Positions 1 to 11,800 of a DNA stretch of 48,173 nt are shown in pieces. Position 1 is the first letter of the stretch. Each line of letters starts with the position of its first letter. Below the pieces are notes generated by a model that made no database searches, was not told the DNA's origin, and saw nothing but the letters and a program-made list of their open reading frames with translations. Position numbers and translations under genes: made by a program. Source of the stretch: Bacteroidales bacterium (lineage in GTDB: Bacteria > Bacteroidota > Bacteroidia > Bacteroidales > UBA932); contig JAGCDT010000106.1 in assembly GCA_017651045.1 (NCBI GenBank), positions 1 to 48,173 of the forward strand, in the 5' to 3' direction.

Positions 1-887
1 ACAGCATCTCCTCGGCCAACGGCTCCGGCACCGGCGACCTCCTTGACGCCATCGTCAAGATCCTTCCGGAGGACAAGCCGGAGGAGGAAGAGGCTTCCGG
101 CATCCCGCGTATCGCGATAGTCGGCCGCCCGAACGTGGGCAAGTCGTCCCTCACCAACGCCCTGCTCGGCGAGGACCGCAACATCGTGACCCCTGTGGCC
201 GGCACGACGAGGGATTCGATATCCTCCCACTACAACCGCTTCGGCCACGAATTCATCCTCGTGGACACTGCCGGCATCCGCCGCAAGGCCAAGGTCAAGG
301 AGGATCTCGAGTTCTATTCCGTTATGCGTTCCATCCGTGCTATCGAGCATTCCGACGTCTGCATCCTCATGATAGACGCCAACCTCGGCATGGAGGCTCA
401 GGACATGAACATCCTAAATCTCATCGACCGCAACAGCAAGGGCTGCGTCATCGTCGTCAACAAATGGGACCTCTTCGAGAAGGACAGCAACACCATGAAG
501 AAGTACACCGAGAGCCTCCGCTCCCGCATCGCCCCCAACGACGACATCCCCATCATTTTCACTTCCGTGACCTCGAAGCTCAGGATTATGGACGTGCTCG
601 ACGCCGCGGCAAGGGTCGCGGAAAATATGTCAAGGCGTATCCCGACCGCCCAGCTCAACGAAGTGATGCTCCCCGAGATTGAGAATTATCCACCTCCCGC
701 CTGGAAGGGCAAGTACATCAAGATCAAGTACGTCACCCAGCTCCCGACAAGGACCCCTTCATTCGCGTTCTTCTGCAATCTCCCGCAGTGGGTCAAGGAT
801 CCCTACAAACGTTTTCTCGAGAATAAGATACGCCAGCATTTCGACTTCTCCGGTTGTCCCGTAAGAATCTACGCCAGAAGCAAATAG
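1..887 (+). CDS. der: Ribosome biogenesis GTPase Der/EngA, 5'-truncated by the window edge
   Basis: The frame is open from nt 3 ([15 protein letters not shown]...[12 protein letters not shown]). The second GTPase domain has GTTRDS, DTAG and NKWD, followed by a KH-like C-terminus. The GTG at 135 in the ORF track is internal. Confidence 0.95.
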   Translation, partial: SISSANGSGTGDLLDAIVKILPEDKPEEEEASGIPRIAIVGRPNVGKSSLTNALLGEDRNIVTPVAGTTRDSISSHYNRFGHEFILVDTAGIRRKAKVKEDLEFYSVMRSIRAIEHSDVCILMIDANLGMEAQDMNILNLIDRNSKGCVIVVNKWDLFEKDSNTMKKYTESLRSRIAPNDDIPIIFTSVTSKLRIMDVLDAAARVAENMSRRIPTAQLNEVMLPEIENYPPPAWKGKYIKIKYVTQLPTRTPSFAFFCNLPQWVKDPYKRFLENKIRQHFDFSGCPVRIYARSK

Positions 888-890
888 CCA

Positions 891-2165
891 ATGCCTGAAG
901 TCCCCTTCATAAGTCTCTCCGAGCTGCTCTCGACCTTCAAGGAAGTGGTCGAGGATGCTTTTCCGGGGAGTTTCTGGGTTAAGGGGGAGATCACGCTCTG
1001 GACTCCGAGGGCCAACGGCCACTGCTACCTCGACCTTTCCGAAAGCCGCGCCGGGCAGATAGTGGCCCAGACAAGGGCCATCATCTGGAGCCGCAACTAC
1101 TACGACATCAAGGACCGTTTCGAGACTGCGACCGGGATGCCCCTTAAGGCCGGCATCACGGTCCTGGTGAAGGCCCGAGTGAGTTTTTCCCCGACCTACG
1201 GAGTGTCGCTTTTCATAGAGGACATCGACCCTTCATTCACCCTCGGAGAGAAGGCTCTCGCCCGCAAGCAGTCCATCGAAAAGCTGACAAGCCTCGGCTA
1301 TATGGAGATGCAGAAAGAACTCTGCATCCCCGACATTCCGAGGCGTCTTGCCGTCATTTCTTCGGCAACGGCGGCCGGCCTGCAGGATTTCATCAACCAC
1401 ATCGAGGGCAACCCTGACGGCTATGCCTTCGACATAAGCCTTTTCGAGGCCGCAATGCAGGGCGACACTGCCGCCGGCTCCGTGATCGCCGCCCTAAAGG
1501 AGGCCGCGGAAGGGGATTTCGACGCGATATTGATCCTCAGGGGAGGCGGTTCGGAGAACGACCTTTCCTGCTTTGACGATTATGATATGGCAGTTGCCAT
1601 AGCCGAATGCCCGCTGCCCGTGGTCACGGCCATAGGTCACGACAAGGACTACCACATAGCCGATATGGTGGCCTGCACCTATGTCAAGACGCCGACGGCG
1701 CTTGCAGACCTTTTCATCGACCGCTTCGCCGAGGCCGAGGCTGCCGCTGAAGAGATTTATGACAGGGTACGCGATGCCGTGAGGGAGAGGATTACTTCGG
1801 AGCAGGCGCTGGTGAGTATGAAGGTCAGAGCCGTCACGTCAGCCCTTCTTGGGCTTCACAGGAAGTATGAAAAAAGAGTCGACGCCTCCGCTTCAAGGAT
1901 TCGCAATGTCGCGACTGTCAAGATAGGAGCGCTTCAGAATGTCGTCTCGCTGCTGGAGACGCGTATAGCCTCGGCCGATCCAAGGGCCCTTCTTTCAAGG
2001 GGCTACGTCCTCGTGACGGGCTCCGACAACAAACTCCTCAAAGGTGTCGGGAAAGTCCACCCCGGCGACCGCATCGGCGTCCGTTTCTCCGACGGATCCG
2101 TCATCGCCCACGTCTCCGACGTCATCCGCGAGGGCATTGAAAATGACAAAGCTAACACCGCATAA
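891..2165 (+). CDS. xseA: Exodeoxyribonuclease VII large subunit
   Basis: N-terminal OB fold (GHCYLDL), motifs RGGGS, TAIGHDKD and KTPTA; adjacent to xseB. Confidence 0.95.
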   Translation: MPEVPFISLSELLSTFKEVVEDAFPGSFWVKGEITLWTPRANGHCYLDLSESRAGQIVAQTRAIIWSRNYYDIKDRFETATGMPLKAGITVLVKARVSFSPTYGVSLFIEDIDPSFTLGEKALARKQSIEKLTSLGYMEMQKELCIPDIPRRLAVISSATAAGLQDFINHIEGNPDGYAFDISLFEAAMQGDTAAGSVIAALKEAAEGDFDAILILRGGGSENDLSCFDDYDMAVAIAECPLPVVTAIGHDKDYHIADMVACTYVKTPTALADLFIDRFAEAEAAAEEIYDRVRDAVRERITSEQALVSMKVRAVTSALLGLHRKYEKRVDASASRIRNVATVKIGALQNVVSLLETRIASADPRALLSRGYVLVTGSDNKLLKGVGKVHPGDRIGVRFSDGSVIAHVSDVIREGIENDKANTA

Positions 2166-2167
2166 TT

Positions 2168-2362
2168 ATGAAACCGCAATTTGACTATGCAGCGGCGATC
2201 GCCGAACTGGAGCAGATAGCTTCGAAAGTCGAGGACCCCGAGACAAAGCTCGACGACATCGACGCCCTGGTCTCCCGCTCAAAGGAGCTCCTCAAGGGCT
2301 GCCGGGACTATCTCAAAGGCGTGAAAGATAAGATTGACGCTCTCGAAAAGGAGGATGAATGA
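2168..2362 (+). CDS. xseB: Exodeoxyribonuclease VII small subunit
   Basis: 64-aa helical protein (YAAAIAELEQIASKVE...LLKGCRDYL) directly after xseA. Confidence 0.9.
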   Translation: MKPQFDYAAAIAELEQIASKVEDPETKLDDIDALVSRSKELLKGCRDYLKGVKDKIDALEKEDE

Positions 2363-4371
2363 TGAAAAAGATCAAAATGCTCTACGAGACGGATCCCTAC
2401 CTGATGCCCTTCAAAGGGGCCATCGATGCAAGGCATGCCCGCATTCTCGAAGCTGAAAAGCGCTATGCCGGCGGCGGCCTTCTCAAGGACGGGATCAACA
2501 ATCACCTATTCTACGGCCTCCACAAGACCCCTTCCGGCGACTGGGTCTTCCGCGAGTGGGCCCCCAACGCGACCAAGCTCTACCTCATCGGTGAGTTCAA
2601 CAACTGGAAGCGCACTGCGGCCTACGCCCTCCAGCCGATAGGCAGCGGCAACTGGGAGATAGTCCTTCCCGAAATGTTCCTCCACCACGGCGAGCTCTAC
2701 AAGCTCTTCATCGAATGGCCCGGCGGAGGAGGGGAGAGGCTTCCCGCCTACACCACCCGTGCCGTCCAGGACCCTCAGACCAAGGTCTTCTGCGCCCAGG
2801 TCTGGGATCCGGCCGAAAAATACGTCTGGAAGCACCGCAATCCCGGCAAGCGCCCCCATCCGTTCATTTACGAGTGCCACATCGGCATGAGCTCGGAGCA
2901 GGAGAAGGTGGCCTCCTTCGAGGATTTCCGCCGCGACGTGCTGCCGAAGGTCAAGAAGCTCGGCTACGATACCCTCCAAATCATGGCTCTCCAGGAGCAT
3001 CCCTACTATGGCTCTTTCGGCTATCAGGTCTCCAATTTCTTCGCCCTGTCGTCGCGTTTCGGCACTCCGGAGGAGTTCAAGCGCCTTGTCGACGAGGCCC
3101 ACGGAGCAGGCATTGCGGTTGTCATGGACATCGTCCATTCCCATTCGGTCGACAACGAGGCCGAGGGTCTCTCCCGTTTCGACGGGCGCGACGACCTCTA
3201 CTTCTACCAGGGCCCTCAGGGGCATCATCCTGCCTGGGGCTCGCGCTGCTTCGACTACGGCAAGGACGAGACGAAATATTTCCTCCTTTCCAACGTCAAA
3301 TACTGGATGGAGGAGTACCACGTCGACGGTTTCCGCTTCGATGGAGTGACCTCGATGCTCTATTGGGACCACGGCCTCGGCAAGGCATTCGCCGGCTACG
3401 ACAACTATTTCAACGAGGGAGTCGATGAAAACGCCGTGACCTATCTCGCCCTCGCCAACATCCTTATCCGCCAGATGAATCCCGACGCCTTCTCCATCGC
3501 GGAGGACGTGTCCGGCATGGCCGGCCTTGCCGCTCCGCTCGAAAAGGGCGGCATCGGTTTCGATTTCCGCATGGCCATGGGCATCGCCGACTACTGGATC
3601 AAGATCATCAAGGAGCGCTCCGACGAGCAGTGGGGAGTGGGCGACATATGGTGGCAGCTGACCAACAAGAGGGCCGACGAGAAGACCATCTCCTACGCTG
3701 AGTGCCACGACCAGGCCCTCGTCGGCGACAAGACCATCATTTTCAGGCTCATAGACAAGGAGATGTACTTCTCGATGGATATGGGATCTTCCAACCCGAT
3801 CGTCGACAGGGGCATCGCCCTCCACAAGATGATACGCCTCGTCACGGCCGCGACCGCGGGCGACGGCTATCTCAATTTCATGGGCAATGAATTCGGCCAC
3901 CCGGAGTGGATAGACTTCCCCAGGGAGGGCAACGGCTGGTCGTTCAAGCACGCACGCCGCCTCTGGTCCATCGAGCAGGACAAGAATCTCCGCTACCGTT
4001 TCCTCCGCAATTTCGACGAGGCGATGGTAAAACTCCTGCGCAAGGAACGCATACTTTCCGCACCCCCTGAACTTCTAGTTCAGGACGAGGAGAAAAAAAT
4101 CTTGATTTTCAAGCGCGGAAAGTGTATCTTTGCGCTGAATTTCTCCCCGGAGGGTTCTTTTGCCGACTACGGATTCGGCGCCCCCGCCGGAGAATGGGTG
4201 GGTCTGCTCGACTCCGATCAGCCGGAGTTCAACGGATTTTCCCGCCTTAAAAGCGGTGAGAGCCACTTTACGGTGGATAAGAAATCCCCCAACGGCACCG
4301 GTGTCTATCCTGCCACCCTTTACCTGTACCTTCCTTCGCGAAGCGTCCAGGTGTTGAAACTAAAAATGTAA
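2359..4371 (+). CDS. glgB: 1,4-alpha-glucan branching enzyme (GH13)
   Basis: FREWAPNA (CBM48), HPYYGSFGYQV, catalytic regions FRFDGVTSM, AEDVSG and YAECHDQ, and NFMGNEFGHPEW. Confidence 0.95.
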   Translation: MMKKIKMLYETDPYLMPFKGAIDARHARILEAEKRYAGGGLLKDGINNHLFYGLHKTPSGDWVFREWAPNATKLYLIGEFNNWKRTAAYALQPIGSGNWEIVLPEMFLHHGELYKLFIEWPGGGGERLPAYTTRAVQDPQTKVFCAQVWDPAEKYVWKHRNPGKRPHPFIYECHIGMSSEQEKVASFEDFRRDVLPKVKKLGYDTLQIMALQEHPYYGSFGYQVSNFFALSSRFGTPEEFKRLVDEAHGAGIAVVMDIVHSHSVDNEAEGLSRFDGRDDLYFYQGPQGHHPAWGSRCFDYGKDETKYFLLSNVKYWMEEYHVDGFRFDGVTSMLYWDHGLGKAFAGYDNYFNEGVDENAVTYLALANILIRQMNPDAFSIAEDVSGMAGLAAPLEKGGIGFDFRMAMGIADYWIKIIKERSDEQWGVGDIWWQLTNKRADEKTISYAECHDQALVGDKTIIFRLIDKEMYFSMDMGSSNPIVDRGIALHKMIRLVTAATAGDGYLNFMGNEFGHPEWIDFPREGNGWSFKHARRLWSIEQDKNLRYRFLRNFDEAMVKLLRKERILSAPPELLVQDEEKKILIFKRGKCIFALNFSPEGSFADYGFGAPAGEWVGLLDSDQPEFNGFSRLKSGESHFTVDKKSPNGTGVYPATLYLYLPSRSVQVLKLKM

Positions 4372-4375
4372 GAAA

Positions 4376-6313
4376 ATGGCATTTCTGAAATTCAACAAAT
4401 CCGAGCTCGTAAATCTTGAGTATTCGCTCAAAAGGGAGATCATCCTTGCCAACAAGACGGGCGCATTCTGCAACACCTCCATCGTGACTTGCAACACGAG
4501 GCGCTACCACGGCCTCCTTGCAGTCCCGATCGAAGGCTTCGGCGGTTTCCGCTATGTGCTCCTTTCGTCCCTCGATGAGACCCTCACCCTCATGGGCAAG
4601 AGCTTCAACCTCGGCATCCACTGCTATGGCGACATCTACGAGCCCCGCGGCCACAAATACATCGTCGATTTCGACGCGGACCCCGTCCCGTCCATCACCT
4701 ACAAGATCGGCGGCATCGTCTTCCGCAAGAGCATAGTCCTTACCCCGGATCACAACCAGGTCCTCATCAACTATGAGCTCCTGCAGGCTCCCGGAAAGGT
4801 CAAGCTGACGCTCAAGCCCTTCCTGGCCTTCCGCAAGGTCCACGACCTCACGGCTGAGAACTCCGACATCCACACCGGCTTCTACGCCATCCCCAACGGA
4901 GTCAGCTTCAACCTCTATCCCGGTTTTCCGGATCTCCACCTCCAGACCAGTGCAGCCTCGGTGTGGAATTCGGCCCCGGCCTGGTACAAGGGCGTGACCT
5001 ATTCCGACGAGATGCGCCGCGGCTTCGACTGCCGCGAGGACCTCTTCGTCCCGGGCTCCTTCGACGTCGAGCTCGCTCCCGGCGGAAGCATTGTCTTCTC
5101 CGCCAGCGCCGACGACGTACAGGCCCCTCAGGGTCTCAAGAGGCGTTATGCTTCGGCCGTCAACAAGATCGGCCCCATCACCTCCTTCCACGACCAGCTT
5201 GTGCGCAACGCCGACAGCCTTATCCGCAACTCCGGCGGCCGCAAGCAGATTGTCGCGGGCTACTCATGGCTCTACACAGGCCTTCTCCGCGAGACCCTCA
5301 TCGCTCTCGCCGGCCTGACTCTTTATGCCAAGGATTCTCCTTCCGAGTTTGAAGAGATCCTCGACAACCTCATCGCCGACGAGCAGGAAAGGCTCTACCA
5401 TAGGACGACCCAGGTCGAAGCCCCGCTCTACCTGGCCGTCACCCTCCAGCAGTACAACGCCTACACCGGCAAGGAGCGCCACACCTGGCAGAAGTACGGC
5501 GCTGTGATGAAGGGCATCATCGAGAGCTATGCCCCCGGCGTCCGCAAGGAAGTCACCATGCAGCCCAACGGCCTTCTCTGGGCCCAGATGGACGGCGTGG
5601 CCCTGTCGTGGATGAACTGCTACATCGACGGCCGCGCGGTGACCGAAAGGGCCGGCTACCAGGTCGAGACCAACGCCATGTGGTACAACGCCGTCTCCTT
5701 CGCACTCGACCAGGAGGCACGCTACGGCCAGAAGGACAGCGAGTTCATCCGCCGCTGGGCTCCCGTCAAGGAGAACATCCTGCGCAACTTCCAGCCCACC
5801 TTCTGGAACCCGTCGCTCCGCTTCCTCGCCGACTATGTCGATAACTATGGCCAGCACATGGAGCTCCGCCCCAACCAGTTGTGGGCCATCTCCATGGACT
5901 TCTGCCCCGTCGACGACGAGGTCGTAAGCTCCGTGATGAGGCTCGTAGCCAACGAGCTCGAGACCTCGCGCGGCATCCGTTCCCTCTCCCCGAGGGATGT
6001 CAACTACAAGGGAGTCTACGAAGGTTCCCAGATAGAGAGGGACCTGGCCTATCACAACGGCTGCGCATTCCCTTATCTTCTCGCCCAGTACTGCTATGTC
6101 AATTTCAGGATGATGGGCTCCGCCTTCATCAAGAAGGCCGAGTGGCTGACCGAGGGCTTCTACGAGGACCTCTCGAAGCACGGTGTCGGCGCATTCTCCG
6201 AGCTCTACGACGGAGACCCGCCTCACGAACCCTACGGCGCCATCTCCTCGGCCCTCGCTACGGCAGCGCTTCTCAATGTAGATTTTCTCATCAAAAAATA
6301 TAGGGAGGAATAA
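4376..6313 (+). CDS. Glycogen debranching enzyme-like amylo-alpha-1,6-glucosidase family protein (GDE N-terminal plus (alpha/alpha)6 domain)
   Basis: CNTRRYHGLL, GIRSLSPRD, AYHNG and SELYDGDPP motifs; glycogen-cluster context. Confidence 0.85.
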   Translation: MAFLKFNKSELVNLEYSLKREIILANKTGAFCNTSIVTCNTRRYHGLLAVPIEGFGGFRYVLLSSLDETLTLMGKSFNLGIHCYGDIYEPRGHKYIVDFDADPVPSITYKIGGIVFRKSIVLTPDHNQVLINYELLQAPGKVKLTLKPFLAFRKVHDLTAENSDIHTGFYAIPNGVSFNLYPGFPDLHLQTSAASVWNSAPAWYKGVTYSDEMRRGFDCREDLFVPGSFDVELAPGGSIVFSASADDVQAPQGLKRRYASAVNKIGPITSFHDQLVRNADSLIRNSGGRKQIVAGYSWLYTGLLRETLIALAGLTLYAKDSPSEFEEILDNLIADEQERLYHRTTQVEAPLYLAVTLQQYNAYTGKERHTWQKYGAVMKGIIESYAPGVRKEVTMQPNGLLWAQMDGVALSWMNCYIDGRAVTERAGYQVETNAMWYNAVSFALDQEARYGQKDSEFIRRWAPVKENILRNFQPTFWNPSLRFLADYVDNYGQHMELRPNQLWAISMDFCPVDDEVVSSVMRLVANELETSRGIRSLSPRDVNYKGVYEGSQIERDLAYHNGCAFPYLLAQYCYVNFRMMGSAFIKKAEWLTEGFYEDLSKHGVGAFSELYDGDPPHEPYGAISSALATAALLNVDFLIKKYREE

Positions 6314-6315
6314 TC

Positions 6316-7605
6316 ATGAGGGTATTAATGTTCGGTTGGGAGTTTCCGCCCCACATCGCCGGAGGTCTCGGCACCGCCTGCTACGGTATAGTCAAGGGCC
6401 TCGCCCACAACGGCGTGGAGACCATCTTCGTGATGCCTTCCGCTTCCGGAGATGAGGACAGTAGCGTCGCCCAGATCCTTAACGCCAGCGACGTTGCCGT
6501 CGACACCGTCTCCGAGACGGTCGACGACTTCCTCGACAAGGTCCGCTTCGTCCACATCGGGTCCAACATGATCCCTTACGCCGATCCGGAAGAGTTCAGC
6601 CACATCGTCGAGGACGAGCGCAAGCGCCAGGTCAAGGACTTCCGCATCAGCTACGGCCAGAAGTTCAAGTTCTCGGGCAAGTACGGCGCCAACCTCATGG
6701 AAGAGGTGGCCCGCTACGCCATGGTCGGCGGCACCATCGCCCTCCAGCACAAGGACGAGTTCGACGTCATCCACGCCCACGACTGGCTGACCTACTTCGC
6801 CGGCATAGCTGCCAAGGAGCTCACCGGCAAGCCCCTCGTGGTCCATGTCCACGCGACCTCCTTCGACCGCGGCAGCGCCGACAACATCGACACCCGCGTC
6901 TTCGACATCGAGAAGCGCGGCATGGCCGCCGCCGACAAGGTTGTAGCCGTGAGCGACCTCACGAGAAATATCTGCATCAACAAGTATGGCGTCCCGCCCG
7001 AGAAGGTCGTCACGGTCCACAACGCCGTCGACTTCTCCGGCAGGGAGAATATCGAGGTCCAGAGGGGAGTGAAGGAGAAAGTCGTCACCTTCCTCGGCCG
7101 TATCACCTTCCAGAAGGGGCCTGAGTATTTCATCGCCGCCGCTGCGAAGGTGCTCAAGAGGACCAAGAACGTCCGTTTCGTCATGGCCGGCAGCGGCGAC
7201 ATGATGAACCGCGCGATCCGCCAGGTCGCCCGTCTGGGCATCTCCGACCGCTTCCACTTCACCGGCTTCCTCCGCGGGGCCGATGTCCAGAAGATGTTCG
7301 CCCTTTCGGATGTCTACATCATGCCTTCCGTCTCGGAGCCTTTCGGCATTTCCCCGCTGGAGGCGATGAGGACTGGCGTTCCTTCTATCATCTCGCACCA
7401 GAGCGGCGCCGCTGAGGTGCTCAAATACGCCTTCAAGGTTGATTTCTGGGATGTGGATGCCATGGCAAACGACATCTATGCCCTTCTCAACTACCCGGCC
7501 CTCGCTTCCTTCGCGGCGAAGGAGGGATTCGACGAGGTCAACGACCTCAAGTGGAACGGCGCAACCGCGAAACTCAAGAAAGTCTATGAATCAGTAATCA
7601 GATAA
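6316..7605 (+). CDS. GT-B glycosyltransferase (GT4/GT5-like), putative glycogen/alpha-glucan synthesis
   Basis: GWEFPPHIAGGLG, IHAHDW, PSVSEPFGISPLEA (EX7E). Confidence 0.9.
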   Translation: MRVLMFGWEFPPHIAGGLGTACYGIVKGLAHNGVETIFVMPSASGDEDSSVAQILNASDVAVDTVSETVDDFLDKVRFVHIGSNMIPYADPEEFSHIVEDERKRQVKDFRISYGQKFKFSGKYGANLMEEVARYAMVGGTIALQHKDEFDVIHAHDWLTYFAGIAAKELTGKPLVVHVHATSFDRGSADNIDTRVFDIEKRGMAAADKVVAVSDLTRNICINKYGVPPEKVVTVHNAVDFSGRENIEVQRGVKEKVVTFLGRITFQKGPEYFIAAAAKVLKRTKNVRFVMAGSGDMMNRAIRQVARLGISDRFHFTGFLRGADVQKMFALSDVYIMPSVSEPFGISPLEAMRTGVPSIISHQSGAAEVLKYAFKVDFWDVDAMANDIYALLNYPALASFAAKEGFDEVNDLKWNGATAKLKKVYESVIR

Positions 7606-7609
7606 TGCT

Positions 7610-8851
7610 ATGAAAAAGAGTATCTGCCTGTATTTCCAGGTCCACCAGCCGACCCGCCTCCGTCAGTATCGCTTCTTCGACATAGGAAAGGATTCCCACT
7701 ACTATGACGACTTCGCCAACAGGAGCATCCTTCGTCGCATAGCCACCAAGTGCTATCTTCCGATGAACCAGCTCCTCCTGGAGGCCATAAAGAAGAATGG
7801 CGGCAAGTTCAAAGTGGCGTTCTCCATCTCCGGAAGCGCGATGGAGCAGTTCGAGCGCTACGCCCCGGATGTGGTGGACAGCTTCCGCGCCCTGGCTGCG
7901 AGCGGTTGCGTAGAGTTCCTCTCCGAGACCTACTATCACTCGCTTGCCTCTCTGAATTCCCCTTCGGAGTTCGAGCATCAGGTGCTCAAGCACAAGGCCG
8001 CAGTCGAGAGGCTCTTCGGCGTCACGCCCAAGACCTTCCGCAACACTGAGCTTATCTATTCCAACGATATAGGAAAGGCTGTCTCCAAGCTTGGTTTCAA
8101 GACCATGCTCACTGAAGGCGCAAAGCACATCCTCGGATGGCGCAGCCCCAACTTCATCTATAACGGCGAGACCGCCCGTTCGATGAAGCTTCTGCTCCGC
8201 AACGCTCCGCTTTCGGACGACATCGCTTTCCGTTTCTCCAACCGCGAGTGGGCAGACTGGCCCCTCACGACCGATAAGTACCTCTCCTGGCTCAAACAGG
8301 CCGACGGCGAGCTTATCAACCTTTTCATGGACTATGAGACCTTCGGCGAGCACCAGAGCGCCGACAGCGGCATATTCGATTTCATGGGTTATCTTCCCGA
8401 GGCCGTCATCTCCGACGGGACCTTCGAGTTCGTGACCCCTTCCGAGGCCGCTTCCAAACATAAGAGCGTCTCCTCCCTCGATGTGCCCGATGCAATCTCC
8501 TGGGCCGATGAGGAAAGGGATCTTTCGGCATGGCTCGGCAACGAGCTCCAGCAGGAGGCCTGCCAGAAGGTCTATGCCATGACCGAGAAGCTTTCCATCG
8601 TCAACGACGAGGAGCTCTGGGCCGATTTCGGCCACCTCCAGGAGAGCGACCACTTCTACTACATGTGTACGAAGTTCTTCTCCGACGGTGAGGTCCATAA
8701 ATATTTCAACCCCTACGACACTCCTTACGAAGCGTTCATCAACTTTATGAACGTCCTGTCCGACTTCCAGATCCGCCTCGACGAGAAGAGGGCGGCTCTC
8801 GATGTGAAAGAGCAGTTTGTGAAGGAGCAGAAAGCCGTAAAAAAGAAGTAA
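7610..8851 (+). CDS. Glycoside hydrolase family 57 (alpha-amylase-like)
   Basis: GH57 conserved regions QVHQP, SETYYHSL, FRNTELIY, FMDYETFGEH, SWADEERD, SDHFYY. Confidence 0.9.
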   Translation: MKKSICLYFQVHQPTRLRQYRFFDIGKDSHYYDDFANRSILRRIATKCYLPMNQLLLEAIKKNGGKFKVAFSISGSAMEQFERYAPDVVDSFRALAASGCVEFLSETYYHSLASLNSPSEFEHQVLKHKAAVERLFGVTPKTFRNTELIYSNDIGKAVSKLGFKTMLTEGAKHILGWRSPNFIYNGETARSMKLLLRNAPLSDDIAFRFSNREWADWPLTTDKYLSWLKQADGELINLFMDYETFGEHQSADSGIFDFMGYLPEAVISDGTFEFVTPSEAASKHKSVSSLDVPDAISWADEERDLSAWLGNELQQEACQKVYAMTEKLSIVNDEELWADFGHLQESDHFYYMCTKFFSDGEVHKYFNPYDTPYEAFINFMNVLSDFQIRLDEKRAALDVKEQFVKEQKAVKKK

Positions 8852-11800
8852 ATGACAGAATACAACGAAAAGCTGGACTACCTGTTTGAGGTCAGTTGGG
8901 AAGTATGTAACAAGGTAGGCGGCATCTATACAGTTATCGCGACCAAGTCGCTCCATCTCAAGTCCGGACTCGGACGTCACCACATACTTATAGGACCGGA
9001 TGTATGGATGCATTCCGCATCCAATCCGGATTTCCTCGAAGACCCCCTTCTCTACCGTTCCTGGAAAATGGAAGCGGCAAAGGAGGGCCTTCGTCTGAGG
9101 ATAGGCCGCTGGAACGTTCCCGGCAAACCTACCGCTATCCTTGTGGACTTCAAGCAGTTCCTCACTTCCCAGAATGAGATCCTTACCCGCTTCTGGAAGC
9201 TCTACGGAGTGGATTCCATAAGCGGCAACTGGGACTACAAGGAGGCCGCTCTGTTCGGCTATGCCGCGGGCAAGGTCATCGAGAGTTTCCACAAGCACAA
9301 CCTCGACGCGAGCGAAAAGGCGGTCGCCCAGTTCCACGAGTGGCAGACCGGCGCCGGCCTTCTCTACCTCAAGGCTTCCGGCGTCCCTGTGGCCACCGTC
9401 TTTACGACCCACGCGACTGTGGTCGGCCGCTGCCTAGCCGGCAACAACCTGCCTCTGTATGGCGGCATGGACTCCTATGACGGCGACGAGATGGCCGCGC
9501 GTTTCAACGTGGTGGCCCGCCACTCCCTTGAGAAGAAGTCGGCCCAGAACGCCGACGTCTTCACGACCGTGAGCGACATCACCGCCAGGGAGTGCGCCCG
9601 TTTCCTCGGCCGCGAGGTGGACATCGTCACCCCCAACGGCTTCGAGAACAGCTTCACCCCGGCCTCCGACGAGGACTACGACAAGAAGCATTCGCTTGCC
9701 CGAAAGCGCCTCGTGGAGGTGGCCTCCGCGATGTGCGGCGGCGAAGTGGCTTCCGATTCCATATTCCTCGGCATCGGCGGACGTTATGAATATCACAACA
9801 AAGGCATCGACGTCTTCCTCGACGCCCTTGCCCGTCTGAAGGAGGGTGGCTACACCGGCAGGAGCATCCACGCCTTCATCATGATCCCTTCGGGCCACAA
9901 CGGTCCCGACCGCGAGCTTGCCTCCCGCCTCTCAGGAGCGGGCGATCCTTCCTACAGGACCCAGGTCTCGCATTATCTTCAGAATCCCGACTATGACGCC
10001 GTGACCGGCAGGATGAGGGACCTCGGCCTTGACAACCGTCCCGGCTCGCTCATCAACGTCTATTTCATCCCGTCCTACCTCAACGGCGACGACGGCATAT
10101 TCAACCTCAAATACTACGACATCCTCTGCGGCCTCGACCTGGCTCTGTTCCCGTCCTACTACGAGCCTTGGGGCTATACCCCTCTGGAGGCCCTCGCATT
10201 CAGGATTCCGACCCTCACGACGACCCTCGCAGGCTTCGGCCTCTGGGTCCGCGACCGCTACAAGGGCGATCACCCCGGCATCACTGTCCTCGAAAGGAAC
10301 GAGGACAACTACGCCGAGGTGGTGACCGGCGTGGCGGAGCGCATCAAGGAGATCGCCGCCCTGGATTCCGACAAGAGGAAAATCTACAGGGCCAACGCCC
10401 TCGACGTGGCATCTATCGCCCTGTGGGACAATCAGATAGTCTATTATGTGAGAGCCTATTCACTCGCCCTGTCGAGGATTTCTCTCCTTCTTAAATCATA
10501 CACGAAAGAAAACAACGCAACCATGCAATATACCAAACCCGACGTCAACACGGCTTCCTGGAAGTCCGTCATCGTGACGAGGCATCTTCCCCCTAAGCTT
10601 TCCCGACTGGAAAAACTCTCCCGCAACCTCTGGTGGTGCTGGAATGAAAGTGCAAAAGACCTTTTCAGATACATAGATCCCAAGGTGTGGCACGCCTCGT
10701 GTCACAACCCTCTCGTCGTGCTCGACACGGTGAGCCTTAAGCGTTTCCACGCCCTTTCCGAGGACGAGGTGTTCCTCGGCAAGATGAAGGCGGTCCTCGA
10801 CGAGTTCGACGAGTACATGGCCGCCAAGGCGCAGAGGACCGAACCTTCGGTCGCCTACTTCTGCATGGAATACGGCCTCGACACCTCCCTTAAGATATAT
10901 TCCGGAGGTCTCGGCATCCTTGCCGGCGACTACCTCAAGGAGACTTCCGACATGAATGTCAACCTTGTGGCTGTCGGTTTCCTCTATCGCTACGGCTATT
11001 TCACCCAGGTGCTTTCCGGCCAGGGCTATCAGGTGGCCAAATACGACGCGCAGGATTTCACCAAGATCCCTGCTACTCCGGTCATCGATGCCGACGGCAA
11101 CTGGCTTACCGTCGCCGTCCCGTTCCCGGGCCGCAACATCACCGCCAGGATATGGAAAGTCGAAGTCGGCCGCACGGACCTTTATCTGCTCGACGCCGAC
11201 TATGAGGCCAACTCCGCCGAAGACCGCGAGGTCACCTATCACCTCTATGGCGGCAGCTGGGAGAACCGCCTCAAGCAGGAGCTCCTCCTCGGCATCGGCG
11301 GTATCAGGACCCTCCGCGCCCTCGGCCTCAATCCGACCGTCTATCACTGCAACGAAGGCCACGCCGCATTTATCGGTATCGAGCGCCTCCGCGAGTACAT
11401 CGAGCACGACAACCTCGACTTCCCCGAAGCCCTCGAGGTCGTGCGCGCCTCCTCGCTGTTTACGACCCATACTCCGGTCCCTGCCGGCCACGACGCCTTC
11501 GACGAGGGCCTTCTCCGTAAGTACATAGGCCACATCCCTCAGCGTCTCAAGATCGACTGGGAGACCCTCATGTCCCTTGGAAAGGACAATCCTCAGGACA
11601 TCGGCGAGAAATTCTCCATGTCCAACCTCGCCGCCAACATCTCGCAGAACGTCAACGGCGTGTCGATGCTCCACGGCAAGGTGAGCCGCGACATCTTCGC
11701 CCACATGTATCCCGGCTATCTGCCCGAGGAGCTCTATGTGAGCTATGTCACCAACGGCGTCCATTATCCGACCTGGGCAGCTCCCGAGTGGAAGCCCGTC

